Shown here in pieces: positions 9,579 through 17,801 of a stretch of 64,000 nt of DNA; positions within the stretch are counted from its first letter, which is position 1; each line of letters starts with the position of its first letter. The stretch is from a virus: IMG/VR virus record IMGVR_UViG_3300003322_001323, positions 1 through 64,000 of that record; one strand, given 5' to 3'. A program made the translations under genes and the position numbers. Below the pieces are notes generated by a model. That model was not told where the DNA came from. It worked only from the letters and a program-made list of their open reading frames with translations, and did no database searches.

Positions 9579-9743
9579 TCACAGCCACCGCGCGCCCGCC
9601 ATACCCCCTGGCTCCAGCAGTGCGACGAGCGCCTGCAGCTCCACCAGCAAGCCAACAATCACCGCCAGGCTGACGGTGAAGACGATCGCGTAGAACAGGG
9701 GGCCGCAGGGCTTTGGTGGCGGCGGGGGTTCGTAGCAGGTCAT
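9579..9743 (-). CDS. Small membrane protein
   Basis: ATGA overlap with the upstream gene; one TM segment. Confidence 0.5.
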   Translation of the reverse strand: MTCYEPPPPPKPCGPLFYAIVFTVSLAVIVGLLVELQALVALLEPGGMAGARWL

Positions 9744-10066
9744 GGGCAGTTCCAATCGGGGGTGCCGAGCTCGTCGGTGGGAAAGGGCTTGATAAACTGA
9801 CGCTTGGGAGCAATCACCTGGCGCACGTAGCTTCGCATGCCAATGGCCTTGATGACCTTGCAGCACTCTGCGCATGGAATGAAGCCGGAGCCGGTCCAGG
9901 GACCGCGCGGCGGCTGCGGCAGCAGGTTCAGCATCATCTGGCAAAAGGCGGTGGTGCAGCATTCCGGGTAGCCATAAAGCACCCCGTAGTCTATCCAGCT
10001 TCCTATCAGCGCTACCGTGTTTAGCTCCACGTCACCGAAGTCGATTTCAATTAGTTTCTTGCTCAC
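9740..10066 (-). CDS. Hypothetical Cys-rich protein
   Basis: YGYPECC...GFIPCAEC; coupled starts and stops. Confidence 0.6.
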   Translation of the reverse strand: MSKKLIEIDFGDVELNTVALIGSWIDYGVLYGYPECCTTAFCQMMLNLLPQPPRGPWTGSGFIPCAECCKVIKAIGMRSYVRQVIAPKRQFIKPFPTDELGTPDWNCP

Positions 10067-10569
10067 ATTATCCTCGCGTGTGGACTGAAGAAGTTGGTGG
10101 CGTCACCGGAGAGGGAGTTTTTATCCAGCTCCTCCAGTACGCCAATCTTTCGGGGCTCCTTCCCCGAGGCCGCGGCGATGTCGGCCGAGGCGTGATAGCT
10201 CTCGCCGCCAATAGCACGCGCCATTACCGCCAGTACCTCGCGCCGATCCTCGGCGTCCGCCGGCTTCACGTCGGGATCGGTGCTGGCCCAGGCCTCGCTC
10301 ACCATGACGTAGCCCCAGGCGCCGGTATCGGCGATGAGCTTGCGCACGGTGGCGTAGGCGTGCGCTTTTTCGAACTCGGTGTTGAAGGGTGCAATTACGA
10401 CGCGGAGCCGGTGCTCGGTCATGATGAAAAAGGTAGGATCGATTCCGCCATGCTGGGCAAGTTGGGCCTGCGCCGCCTCCACGGCTGCTTCCACCAGCTC
10501 CATGAGGGCGGACTTGGGCTGCTCCACGATGAGGTCTCCTTCTTTAATGGTAAAGCGATCTTGGCTCAT
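10063..10569 (-). CDS. Hypothetical protein
   Basis: YVMVSEAW...DRREVL motif; translational coupling. Confidence 0.65.
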   Translation of the reverse strand: MSQDRFTIKEGDLIVEQPKSALMELVEAAVEAAQAQLAQHGGIDPTFFIMTEHRLRVVIAPFNTEFEKAHAYATVRKLIADTGAWGYVMVSEAWASTDPDVKPADAEDRREVLAVMARAIGGESYHASADIAAASGKEPRKIGVLEELDKNSLSGDATNFFSPHARIM

Positions 10570-10760
10570 TTCATATCCCTTAAGCGATAAACGCGCCGGC
10601 CGAGCTCCTGCAGCTCCGGCCCAATGGGCACGCCCTCGCAGGTAGCGAAGACCCGGGCCACGCGCTCGGCCTGGCGGACGATCGGACCGGCGTTGACGTG
10701 GTAGCGCCAGCAGGTGAACAGGACGCCGGTGATAAAGCCGATGGCGAGGCCGACAATCAT
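10566..10760 (-). CDS. Small membrane protein
   Basis: ATGA overlaps at both ends; N-terminal TM. Confidence 0.5.
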   Translation of the reverse strand: MIVGLAIGFITGVLFTCWRYHVNAGPIVRQAERVARVFATCEGVPIGPELQELGRRVYRLRDMK

Positions 10761-11203
10761 GACACGCGCTCCGGAAAGGGGTGGCCGGCGGCCTCGTAGC
10801 TGACGCAGGCGCGCGTTACCCAGTCCACCTGCCGCTTGTCCAGTTCCAGCAGGAGGCCGCCCCAATGGGCGTGCTCCGCGGTAATGGGCCCGATGCCGCG
10901 CGCCATGCGCCACATCTCGGCGCCGGCTTCGGTGTAGGCGGCTTTGCGACCCTCCTCCTTGGCGCGCTGTTTTTCATAGGCCACGTCATCGCGATCGGCG
11001 CGGCAAACGTACCAGTCCACCTCCCAGCGCTTGACGATGGCCTCGGGGATCGGCTGCTGGCGCCGGTTGAGGAAGCCGGCTACGGCCCTGGCCTCCTCCT
11101 CGGTGAAGGAGACGCCCTGGACGGCAGCCGCTGGGTCCACGAACCAGCTCTTGCAGCTTGCGTGCCCACAGGGACATTTTACTGCGTAAAAGGTTTTGGT
11201 CAT
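10757..11203 (-). CDS. Hypothetical protein
   Basis: CPCGHASC motif; GGAG RBS. Confidence 0.6.
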   Translation of the reverse strand: MTKTFYAVKCPCGHASCKSWFVDPAAAVQGVSFTEEEARAVAGFLNRRQQPIPEAIVKRWEVDWYVCRADRDDVAYEKQRAKEEGRKAAYTEAGAEMWRMARGIGPITAEHAHWGGLLLELDKRQVDWVTRACVSYEAAGHPFPERVS

Positions 11204-11391
11204 TGGCTTTCTCCCATCGACTCAATCAGAATATCAATGTCATCCTTGTCGGCCGCTTCGATCGCCAGGCTCTCCTCCCACAGCTTCTCATCGCGGAACT
11301 TGCGCACGGCATCCTCAATGATTTGCGCGATGTACTCCGGTGGCAGCGCGTCCAGCTCCCAGCTGCTCTCGCCGTGAACCTGGCGGTAGCC
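11200..11391 (-). pseudogene. C-terminal remnant of a phage Toprim (topoisomerase VI-A-like) gene
   Basis: Start-less frame GYRQVHGESSWELDALPPEYIAQIIEDAVRKFRDEKLWEE...; in-frame TAG just upstream; stop still coupled (ATGA) to the next gene. Confidence 0.6.
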
Positions 11392-11433
11392 AGGTGGGAC
11401 AGGCTACCTTCTTGGCTTCTTTCCGGTTCATGC

Positions 11434-12966
11434 TCAGCCTCCCACGAACATAAGTTCAAGCTTCGCGCGGGTATAGCCAACGTACATTAGGTTGTACTCC
11501 TGCTGCAGCTGCCACTCCTGCTTCGCCGACTTGGACGGGCACAGCTCCGGCTTGTAGATGGCGCAGCGCTCGAACTCCGCGCCCTTGAGCTTGTGCATGG
11601 TGGAGAGGCTGAGCACGTCGGCCTCGCCGGCCTCGCCGAACAGCCCCTCGATCTTGACGATGAGCGCCGGCACGGTCCGCTGGTTCTCAGGCAGGTGCTC
11701 GGCGACGATCTTGATGCAGTCCACCCGATCGGTGATGGATTCCGCGCGCGCCTCGTTGCCCTCGGAGATGGCCTTGGCCACCTCCCGCTCGCGATAGCGC
11801 TCCAGCTTGTCCAGCAGGTTCTGCAGGCCCTTGGCCTTCTGCCGGCGGACGAGGTTCACCAGGTTGGCGCCGATTTCCCGGCCCAGCACCCGGCACCCCC
11901 TGCCTTGAGCGACTAGGCTGAAAGCCAAGTCGATCAAGGGCGCCGTGTTGCGGCACATGATGGCATCCCGATTGGAAAGCCGGGTAAGCGCGTCCTTGAG
12001 GGTGGTATGCGTGATGGCTCCCTCGGGCGCTCCCGGCGCCGCCTCGATCTGCGGCACCAGCGTCTTGGCGAGCTCCACGATGCGGCGGCCGCAGCGATAG
12101 CTGACGGACAGGGGGAACTCGGCGCAGTTGAAGGCGTTCTTGATGAGGTCCATGGCGTCGTGGCTCGCGCCGGTAAAGCCGTAGATGGCCTGATGGCGAT
12201 CACCGACCGCGATCAGCCGGCCGCCCGGGCGCAGGGCCTTGGTGGCGATGGCGCGGCGCACCGGGTTCGTGTCCTGGGCTTCATCAATGAATACCCAGTC
12301 GTTCTGCCACAGCCGGAGCTTCCAGAGGAGTGGAATGTAGAGATGATCGTCGAAGTCCAGCACGGCTTCGCGTGCGAGCTCATTGGAGCGGCGCAGGGCG
12401 TTGCGGGCGAACTGCACCGCGGCCTCCTCGCTGGCCTCCTCGGAATCCAGAAACAGGTCGTGGTGGTGGATGAGGTCCAGCCAGTCGTTGGTATCAGCCG
12501 CCACCAGCGCGCCGAAGCCCTGGCCCTTGGCGAGCCCGACGAGCTTGGCGCAGAAGGCCCCGTAGGTATCATAGTCCTCCTCGGAGAGCTGTTCCTGCAG
12601 GATTTTGCGGACCTTGCTGGAATCCGTTTCCACCTGGTCGGGCTTCTTGTTGAGCCGCTTGCAGATGGCGGAGAAGCCGACCGAATGGAAGGTCGTGACC
12701 CGCACGCGGGACATGTCCCGGCCGGTATCCTTCCCGAGCTTTTCAATGGCCTCCCGCATCTCCTTGGCGATGATGACATTGAAGGCGAAAATGTGAATGC
12801 ACTTGCTTGTCGGGATGCGGAGCACGCACTGCTTGATGGTGGTGGACTTACCTGAGCCGGCCACCGCCTCCACGATCGCGGACCCGCGCCCGCGCTCCAC
12901 GAAGTCAAAGATGGCGACCTGGTTGGGGGAGGGTTGGAAGGTGGGTTTCTTGATGGTCTGGAGCAT
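11434..12966 (-). CDS. UvrD/Rep-like SF1 helicase
   Basis: AVAGSGKS, IDEAQD, VGDRHQAIYGF, SYRC, STMHKLKGAE, YVGYTRA. Confidence 0.92.
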   Translation of the reverse strand: MLQTIKKPTFQPSPNQVAIFDFVERGRGSAIVEAVAGSGKSTTIKQCVLRIPTSKCIHIFAFNVIIAKEMREAIEKLGKDTGRDMSRVRVTTFHSVGFSAICKRLNKKPDQVETDSSKVRKILQEQLSEEDYDTYGAFCAKLVGLAKGQGFGALVAADTNDWLDLIHHHDLFLDSEEASEEAAVQFARNALRRSNELAREAVLDFDDHLYIPLLWKLRLWQNDWVFIDEAQDTNPVRRAIATKALRPGGRLIAVGDRHQAIYGFTGASHDAMDLIKNAFNCAEFPLSVSYRCGRRIVELAKTLVPQIEAAPGAPEGAITHTTLKDALTRLSNRDAIMCRNTAPLIDLAFSLVAQGRGCRVLGREIGANLVNLVRRQKAKGLQNLLDKLERYREREVAKAISEGNEARAESITDRVDCIKIVAEHLPENQRTVPALIVKIEGLFGEAGEADVLSLSTMHKLKGAEFERCAIYKPELCPSKSAKQEWQLQQEYNLMYVGYTRAKLELMFVGG

Positions 12967-12984
12967 TGAAGCTCTCCCTTTTCT

Positions 12985-13341
12985 CTATTCTACGCGGTCG
13001 TGGATGGCCACGGGGTCGTACATGCGGACCCGGGTGCCAAGGAGCTTGGCGACGGCCTCGCCGAAGGAGCTGTCGCCCTTGGCGTAGTTGCCGCCGAACA
13101 TGACCCACTTGGACTGCTCGGACTTGAGCGGGCGGACGCGGATCGCGCCGGGAACGTGCTGCTCCAGTACCAGAATGGGAGTGGGATGATCGTCGGCGCG
13201 CTCCCGCTTGAGGGCCTCGCCGTCGGCGTCGCTGAGGGCGACCAAAAAGCGTTCGTGCTTGGAGGAGAGGCCCCCGTTGGTGCAGTCGTAGGTCCGCGAG
13301 CCGTAAAGCACGCTCACGCTGTGATATTGGATTTTGGCCAT
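12985..13341 (-). CDS. Hypothetical early protein
   Basis: DCTNGGLSS...MFGGNY...PVAIHDRVE; AGGAGG RBS. Confidence 0.7.
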   Translation of the reverse strand: MAKIQYHSVSVLYGSRTYDCTNGGLSSKHERFLVALSDADGEALKRERADDHPTPILVLEQHVPGAIRVRPLKSEQSKWVMFGGNYAKGDSSFGEAVAKLLGTRVRMYDPVAIHDRVE

Positions 13342-13362
13342 TGAAGACCTCCTATGTTGATT

Positions 13363-13563
13363 TTAATTTTCTTCGGAAATTTCCAGATAGTCGTAGCCGA
13401 CCAGCTCGCTGGTCAAATCGGGCTTGTGCCCGACCACCCCGCTGTCCGCGGCCGCGAGGAGCTGCTCAAAGGTGGGATAAAACCCAATGAAGGTCTTGCA
13501 GACCGTATCTTGCCCTGGGAAGGTGAAGCAGGCTATGAGGGCGTATTTATCATTGTTGGTCAT
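13363..13563 (-). CDS. Hypothetical early protein
   Basis: AGGAGG RBS; first gene after the promoter. Confidence 0.6.
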   Translation of the reverse strand: MTNNDKYALIACFTFPGQDTVCKTFIGFYPTFEQLLAAADSGVVGHKPDLTSELVGYDYLEISEEN

Positions 13564-13591
13564 TGAAGACCTCCTTGGGTTCTGTTGGGAG

Positions 13592-13625
13592 GACTACACC
13601 ACGGCCCTGAACAAATGTAAACCCC
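13592..13625 (-). promoter_or_regulatory. Putative early promoter, copy 1
   Basis: Minus strand GGGGTTTACA...TGGTGTAGTC; 29/34 identical to 31614-31647. Confidence 0.65.
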
Positions 13626-13673
13626 CGCATGAAGATATTTTGCAGGCCCCTTTAAGCCTGCAATTTCAAGGAC

Positions 13674-14030
13674 TTAGCTAAAGCGGAAGCCGCGGCCCTC
13701 CCAGAAGGCCCGCAGGTCCGGGTGGCTGGCGGCCTCCCGGCGCAGCAGGATCACGTGGCTGATCCCCATCCTGGCGGCCGTCCGGCGCAGGGAGAGGCCC
13801 GTACGGCGCCGGGCCAGGGCGCAGAGGTCCCCAACCGAGGGCTCCACCCCATAGCGCCACCAGCGGGGCAGCTCAAACTCGATTTGATCCGTTTCGCGCA
13901 GCCAGTAGGAGGTGCGCCCGAGCCCGAAGCGCGCGGCGGCGTGCACCTGCTTGATCCCTTCACGCCGGCGCCACAGCCAGAGCTGCTCGCCGAAGGTCTG
14001 GTCGGTCAAATCCTTGTTGGTGCTGTTCAT
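13674..14030 (-). CDS. Tandem XRE-like HTH protein
   Basis: GEQLWLWRRREGIKQVHAAARFG and ALARRRTGLSLRRTAARMGIS. Confidence 0.65.
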   Translation of the reverse strand: MNSTNKDLTDQTFGEQLWLWRRREGIKQVHAAARFGLGRTSYWLRETDQIEFELPRWWRYGVEPSVGDLCALARRRTGLSLRRTAARMGISHVILLRREAASHPDLRAFWEGRGFRFS

Positions 14031-14458
14031 GATGATATGAGGCTCTTGATGAGTTGCGTGGTAGGAAAGATTCCAGTGCCTATAACGTAACGCTCCAGCG
14101 CGGCGCGGTGAAGCCGGCGCTCGAAGATGAGCCGCAGCGCGAGCGGCGAGACAAAGAGATAGTCGCGGTCCACCTGGATGAGTGTCGCTACCCGCCCCCC
14201 TGCCGCGTGCCAATCCTCCTGCCACTGAACCTGCTCCTTGAAAAGCTTGGGCAGGTGCAGGGGGGTTTCGGGGCGCGCGGGCCATTCGCCCTTCTTGAGC
14301 TCCAGCCACCCATTGCAGCGGCTCGCGACGGTGGGAATCTTGCCGGCCCAGGCGACGTCCGGTGTCCCCCGCTCGCAGGCGTTCTCCACGCGGTGCAGGC
14401 AGAGAAATACTCCCACCTTGTCGCGCAGGGTTTTCCAGAGACCGTCCTCGCTGCTCAT
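14027..14458 (-). CDS. PD-(D/E)xK nuclease, Holliday-junction resolvase/VRR-NUC-like
   Basis: HRVEN...GTPDV...WLELK...QVQWQ. Confidence 0.8.
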   Translation of the reverse strand: MSSEDGLWKTLRDKVGVFLCLHRVENACERGTPDVAWAGKIPTVASRCNGWLELKKGEWPARPETPLHLPKLFKEQVQWQEDWHAAGGRVATLIQVDRDYLFVSPLALRLIFERRLHRAALERYVIGTGIFPTTQLIKSLISS

Positions 14459-14859
14459 GCATATTGATCCAGGTTACGGAATAGCGCCGACTTTTGCTTT
14501 GGGCTGAGCGACCCACGCTGATCCCACTGTTCCTTGAGCGAAGTGATAAATTGCTCGGTGCCGGAGGGCAGGTTGACGCGCTCCAGGCGCCCGAAGGCCT
14601 CCTCGATCTGGGCCTGGTCGGGATCGCGCCGGGCCGGTGCTGGCCTATCCTGCGGCAGGGTGTCGCCGCCATCCTCCACCTCCGGCGCGCCGCCATCCAC
14701 CTTCACCAGGCGGGCGAAGGCGTCGGCCCAGGTGTAGTTGTACTTGGCGAGCAGGGCGTTGGCCGCCCGCAGCGCGTTGAGCGCCTCCGCGTCGTTGGTG
14801 GAGGTCGTTTGCATCATCGTCTTTTCCAGCACGCGGAAGTCGCGCAGGGACATGGCCAT
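14455..14859 (-). CDS. Hypothetical protein
   Basis: STNDAEALNA...LSPKQ motifs; coupled to neighbours. Confidence 0.65.
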   Translation of the reverse strand: MAMSLRDFRVLEKTMMQTTSTNDAEALNALRAANALLAKYNYTWADAFARLVKVDGGAPEVEDGGDTLPQDRPAPARRDPDQAQIEEAFGRLERVNLPSGTEQFITSLKEQWDQRGSLSPKQKSALFRNLDQYA

Positions 14860-14874
14860 TTTGCGTATTCCTTT

Positions 14875-15294
14875 TTAAGGTGTCCAATGCTCCGGATCGG
14901 GAGCGCCGTCCATGCGCCGGCCCGTGTTAAACTCCACCTGTACGGCGCGATCGTCCCATAGTTCCGTCATGGCGAAGTCCTTGGTGGCCGTAATGGCGAG
15001 CACGCGGCCGATGTGCTGCTTGCACCAGCGCTCTATGGGCTTGCAGGCTAGGTCCAGCTCGCCGGGCGTACCCACGCGCGCGGTGAAGATGCGCACCTCC
15101 CGGCCCTCCTTAAGCCAGTTCTTTACGCGACGAATCATGGGCATGATGGGCGGTCCGATATGATTATATCCGAGCCAGATGCCGTCCCAATGCGCGAGCG
15201 TTCCATCCAGGTCCACACCAATCCACCCTCTGGATTTTGGCTTGGTGGCTCGGGTCTTGGAATGCTTGGCCGTATCAAACCGCTTGTTGGACAT
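14875..15294 (-). CDS. HAD-family phosphatase (PNK phosphatase-like)
   Basis: WIGVDLDGTLA, IFTAR, LWDDRA. Confidence 0.8.
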   Translation of the reverse strand: MSNKRFDTAKHSKTRATKPKSRGWIGVDLDGTLAHWDGIWLGYNHIGPPIMPMIRRVKNWLKEGREVRIFTARVGTPGELDLACKPIERWCKQHIGRVLAITATKDFAMTELWDDRAVQVEFNTGRRMDGAPDPEHWTP

Positions 15295-15880
15295 TCTGTT
15301 CCTTCATGATGGCAAAATAAACTTCGGCCGTGGCGCGGCAGTCCACTACCGCGCTGTGAGCGCCCTCGAAGCCGTCCGGATGCACGAAGTATTTGTAGGC
15401 TTCCTGCAGGTTCGGGGGCTTGTACTTGTCGAAGCCGGCCGCGCGCATGCGCTCGGTGGGCGGCAGCTTCATGATGGGCGTGGCGAGTTCCATGCAGCAG
15501 GTGATCTTGTCGGGACCTGGGTGCGAAGGCTGCCGGCCATAGCGATGGAAGGCGGTCCGCAGCACGGTCTCGTCGAACTTCTGGTTGAAGCCCACTACCT
15601 CGCTGGCGCGCGCTCGCAGCTGGGCAAAGACGCTCAGCGCCGTGGCCATCGGCACGCCGCACTCGCGCGCAATCTCGGTGGTGATGCCGTGAACGCGCGC
15701 CGCGCCCTCCGGTATGGTCCAGCCGTTGGGCTGGATTATGAGGTCGGCGGAGCAGACCTCCTTGCCCTCATCGGTGACGAGCAGGCAGCCCAGCTGCACC
15801 AGGTGCGGCTGCGTCGGGTGCCCCGGCGGCAGCGAGCTCTGCACTAGGCCGGTGGTTTCGGTGTCGTATACAAATATCAT
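15275..15880 (-). CDS. DEDDh 3'-5' exonuclease (DnaQ-like)
   Basis: YDTETTG, VGFNQKFD, AHSAVVD. Confidence 0.9.
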   Translation of the reverse strand: MIFVYDTETTGLVQSSLPPGHPTQPHLVQLGCLLVTDEGKEVCSADLIIQPNGWTIPEGAARVHGITTEIARECGVPMATALSVFAQLRARASEVVGFNQKFDETVLRTAFHRYGRQPSHPGPDKITCCMELATPIMKLPPTERMRAAGFDKYKPPNLQEAYKYFVHPDGFEGAHSAVVDCRATAEVYFAIMKEQNVQQAV

Positions 15881-15895
15881 GGTGAATTATCTCCG

Positions 15896-16156
15896 CTATT
15901 TCGCGTGAATTGCGGGCAGGAGGACACACGCCACCAGGTAGACGATGCCGACCCAATAAAGAAAATCGACGATGCGGACCCCCGCGTGCTCGGCCCATTT
16001 AACTCGCGGGTGCTGTCCAACCGCGCGAGAGCATATTCCATCGTGGTCGGGATGGAGCTGGCAAAAGTCTGAATGTTCTCTCATTGAGATTCCTCCTAAC
16101 AGTTTGGTGAACTCGCGGCTTTGGGTCAGATCGACGGTGTTCAATTTGCGCTCCAT
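15896..16156 (-). CDS. Hypothetical protein with C-terminal TM
   Basis: Fills the gap between neighbours; CQLHPDHDGIC motif; start uncertain. Confidence 0.45.
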   Translation of the reverse strand: MERKLNTVDLTQSREFTKLLGGISMREHSDFCQLHPDHDGICSRAVGQHPRVKWAEHAGVRIVDFLYWVGIVYLVACVLLPAIHAK

Positions 16157-16615
16157 TTATCCGGCCAGGCGCCGCAGCCAGCGCCGCTTTGGCTCTGGCC
16201 GCACCGCCTTGGCGCGAGGGCGTGACGGGCGGGACCATTCCCCGCCGTCCGTCAAACCCATGTCCATAAATCCTGCGGCCCGCAGGCTGGTGCCGGGTTC
16301 CTCCGGCAAGGTGTATGTCCAGGCTTCCCGATACCCGAGTGCCTTTGCAGCTCGGCACAGGGCGCCATAGAGACAGGAGCAGGCATTCTCCGCGCCCTCG
16401 GTCGCCACCCTCGAAATCACGATGCGCCCGCTGTCCTGCCAAACCCGCGAAGGGTTGCCGGCGACGGCCACGCCCAGCACCGCGCCGTCATCACCCAGGA
16501 CGCGAGCTGCAAAAAGACCCCCTTGCAGCTCGGGCAGGTGCCGGTGCCAAGCGCGCACGATGGCTCGCGCGGCTTTCACCGTGCAGGGCGCAATCGTGAG
16601 GCGGGACTGGCTCAA
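16157..16615 (-). CDS. XF1762-family (GNAT-like) protein
   Basis: WHRH, NACSCLYGA, TYTLPEEPGTSLRAAG, WSRPSRPR. Confidence 0.8.
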   Translation of the reverse strand: MSQSRLTIAPCTVKAARAIVRAWHRHLPELQGGLFAARVLGDDGAVLGVAVAGNPSRVWQDSGRIVISRVATEGAENACSCLYGALCRAAKALGYREAWTYTLPEEPGTSLRAAGFMDMGLTDGGEWSRPSRPRAKAVRPEPKRRWLRRLAG

Positions 16616-16627
16616 GCTATGGGCTCC

Positions 16628-16801
16628 CTAGCCTTGCTCGGCTGCATAGGTGGAAGCGGTATCCGCCACCGCCTGCCACATGATCTTGCGAAATTCTGGC
16701 GCCCAGCCGTTGCGGTCCATTTCCCGTTGAAGGGGGCGCAGCAGGTCGCTCGCCTTGAAGGCGATCCGCTCGGCCAAGATTTGTGCCTTATCGTCGCTCA
16801 A
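16628..16801 (-). CDS. Hypothetical protein
   Basis: GGAGG RBS and TTG start. Confidence 0.5.
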   Translation of the reverse strand: MSDDKAQILAERIAFKASDLLRPLQREMDRNGWAPEFRKIMWQAVADTASTYAAEQG

Positions 16802-16814
16802 TGAGCCCTCCCTT

Positions 16815-16955
16815 TCAGACGTGGATTTCAGATTTGCGAAATGACAGGCCAACCGGCCCCAGGCACAGCGTCACTTCCCACTCGGAAACGATGACGCCGA
16901 CAACCCACCAGTGCAGGTCAAAGTGCGGCTGAAATCTCCATTGCGTGATCCACAT
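16815..16955 (-). CDS. Small hydrophobic protein (46 aa)
   Basis: GAGGAG RBS at the end of repeat copy 1; MWITQWRF... Confidence 0.45.
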   Translation of the reverse strand: MWITQWRFQPHFDLHWWVVGVIVSEWEVTLCLGPVGLSFRKSEIHV

Positions 16956-16975
16956 GGTTTTGGCTCCTCAAAAGT

Positions 16976-17046
16976 TGGCGGGTGAGCAACAAGCTACGAG
17001 GACTTCCACCCCGTGCCCGGTTCTAGACCTTCGCCTGCGCTCACCC
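16976..17046 (-). ncRNA. Candidate 71-nt structured RNA ending in GCCA, copy 1
   Basis: 8-bp terminal stem GGGUGAGC/GCUCACCC plus GCCA; two internal hairpins. Confidence 0.55.
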
Positions 17047-17060
17047 ATAAAATCGCTCGA

Positions 17061-17312
17061 TTAGTTGGCGGGACGAATTGATGGCTGGTTGCCGCATTCG
17101 AACGCTTGGTTGCAGGAAATTTCATGGCCGTACATGCCGTCGCTCAGAAGAATTTGAGGCGACCCCATAGCGCAATAGTAGCAACGCTCGGCTTTGAGCT
17201 TGCACTCCGGGCATGTGCTGGACCGCTTCTGGCCAAGGTAGTGATTGCCGCAGCGGCCACACTCGCATTCATACTGATCTTCTTTGGCGAAATCTGGTAT
17301 CAGGTTGGTCAC
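17061..17312 (-). CDS. Zn-finger-like protein between the repeats
   Basis: CGRC, CPEC, CYYC; RBS supplied by repeat copy 2. Confidence 0.65.
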   Translation of the reverse strand: MTNLIPDFAKEDQYECECGRCGNHYLGQKRSSTCPECKLKAERCYYCAMGSPQILLSDGMYGHEISCNQAFECGNQPSIRPAN

Positions 17313-17332
17313 AGCAAGCCCTCCTCAAAAGT

Positions 17333-17403
17333 TGGCGGGTGAGCAACAAGCTACGAGGACTTCCACCCCGTGCCCGGTTCTAGACCTTCGCCTGCGCTCA
17401 CCC
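17333..17403 (-). ncRNA. Candidate 71-nt structured RNA ending in GCCA, copy 2
   Basis: Identical to 16976-17046. Confidence 0.55.
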
Positions 17404-17418
17404 ATAAAATCGCTCCTT

Positions 17419-17640
17419 TTAATCGTCCAATGCAGCGCCGTGCGGCTGCAAAAACCAATCTGCAAAACCGCTGACGATCCCGTAGAGCGTAAAGAGGGGC
17501 CAGCAGGTCGATACCGCGAAAATCTTCCAGCGTGGCACCTTGGTCATGCGCGAACCGCCGTCAGTGATCCAGATAACAAGATTGATGCCGCCGCCGATGT
17601 AGGCCACGAGAGCGATCCAGAACCAAGGGTCTTGTGTCAT
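17419..17640 (-). CDS. Small membrane protein
   Basis: AAGGAG RBS; two hydrophobic segments. Confidence 0.55.
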   Translation of the reverse strand: MTQDPWFWIALVAYIGGGINLVIWITDGGSRMTKVPRWKIFAVSTCWPLFTLYGIVSGFADWFLQPHGAALDD

Positions 17641-17654
17641 GTTGAGGCTCCTTT

Positions 17655-17801
17655 TTAATCCTTATCCTGCCGCGCCCAGCTCTCGCGCTGGCGCTTAATC
17701 ATGGCGGCTTTTTTCGCCGAAGTCATCTTGGCTACTCGTTTCTTGGCCGCCGCCAATAGCTTTTCCAGGTCAGGCCGAATCTTCGCTTTTGACTTCCTCA
17801 C
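17655..17801 (-). CDS. Small basic protein (48 aa)
   Basis: GTGA overlap with the polymerase stop; ...QRESWARQ. Confidence 0.45.
   Translation of the reverse strand: MRKSKAKIRPDLEKLLAAAKKRVAKMTSAKKAAMIKRQRESWARQDKD

Larger units (their letters stand above)
16964..17415. repeat. Perfect 95-bp direct repeat (16964-17058 and 17321-17415)
   Basis: Identical ctcctcaaaagttggcgggtgagc...cccataaaatcgctc copies, period 357 bp. Confidence 0.97.

Noticed and set aside
13674-14696. 340-aa ORF as listed in the track
   Set aside because: The 5' part overlaps two better-supported genes; only 13674-14030 looks real.
16964-17415. CRISPR array, canonical tRNA or att-site interpretation of the 95-bp repeats
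   Set aside because: Only two long copies around a coding spacer; no cloverleaf or anticodon arm; no cas or integrase gene in the window.
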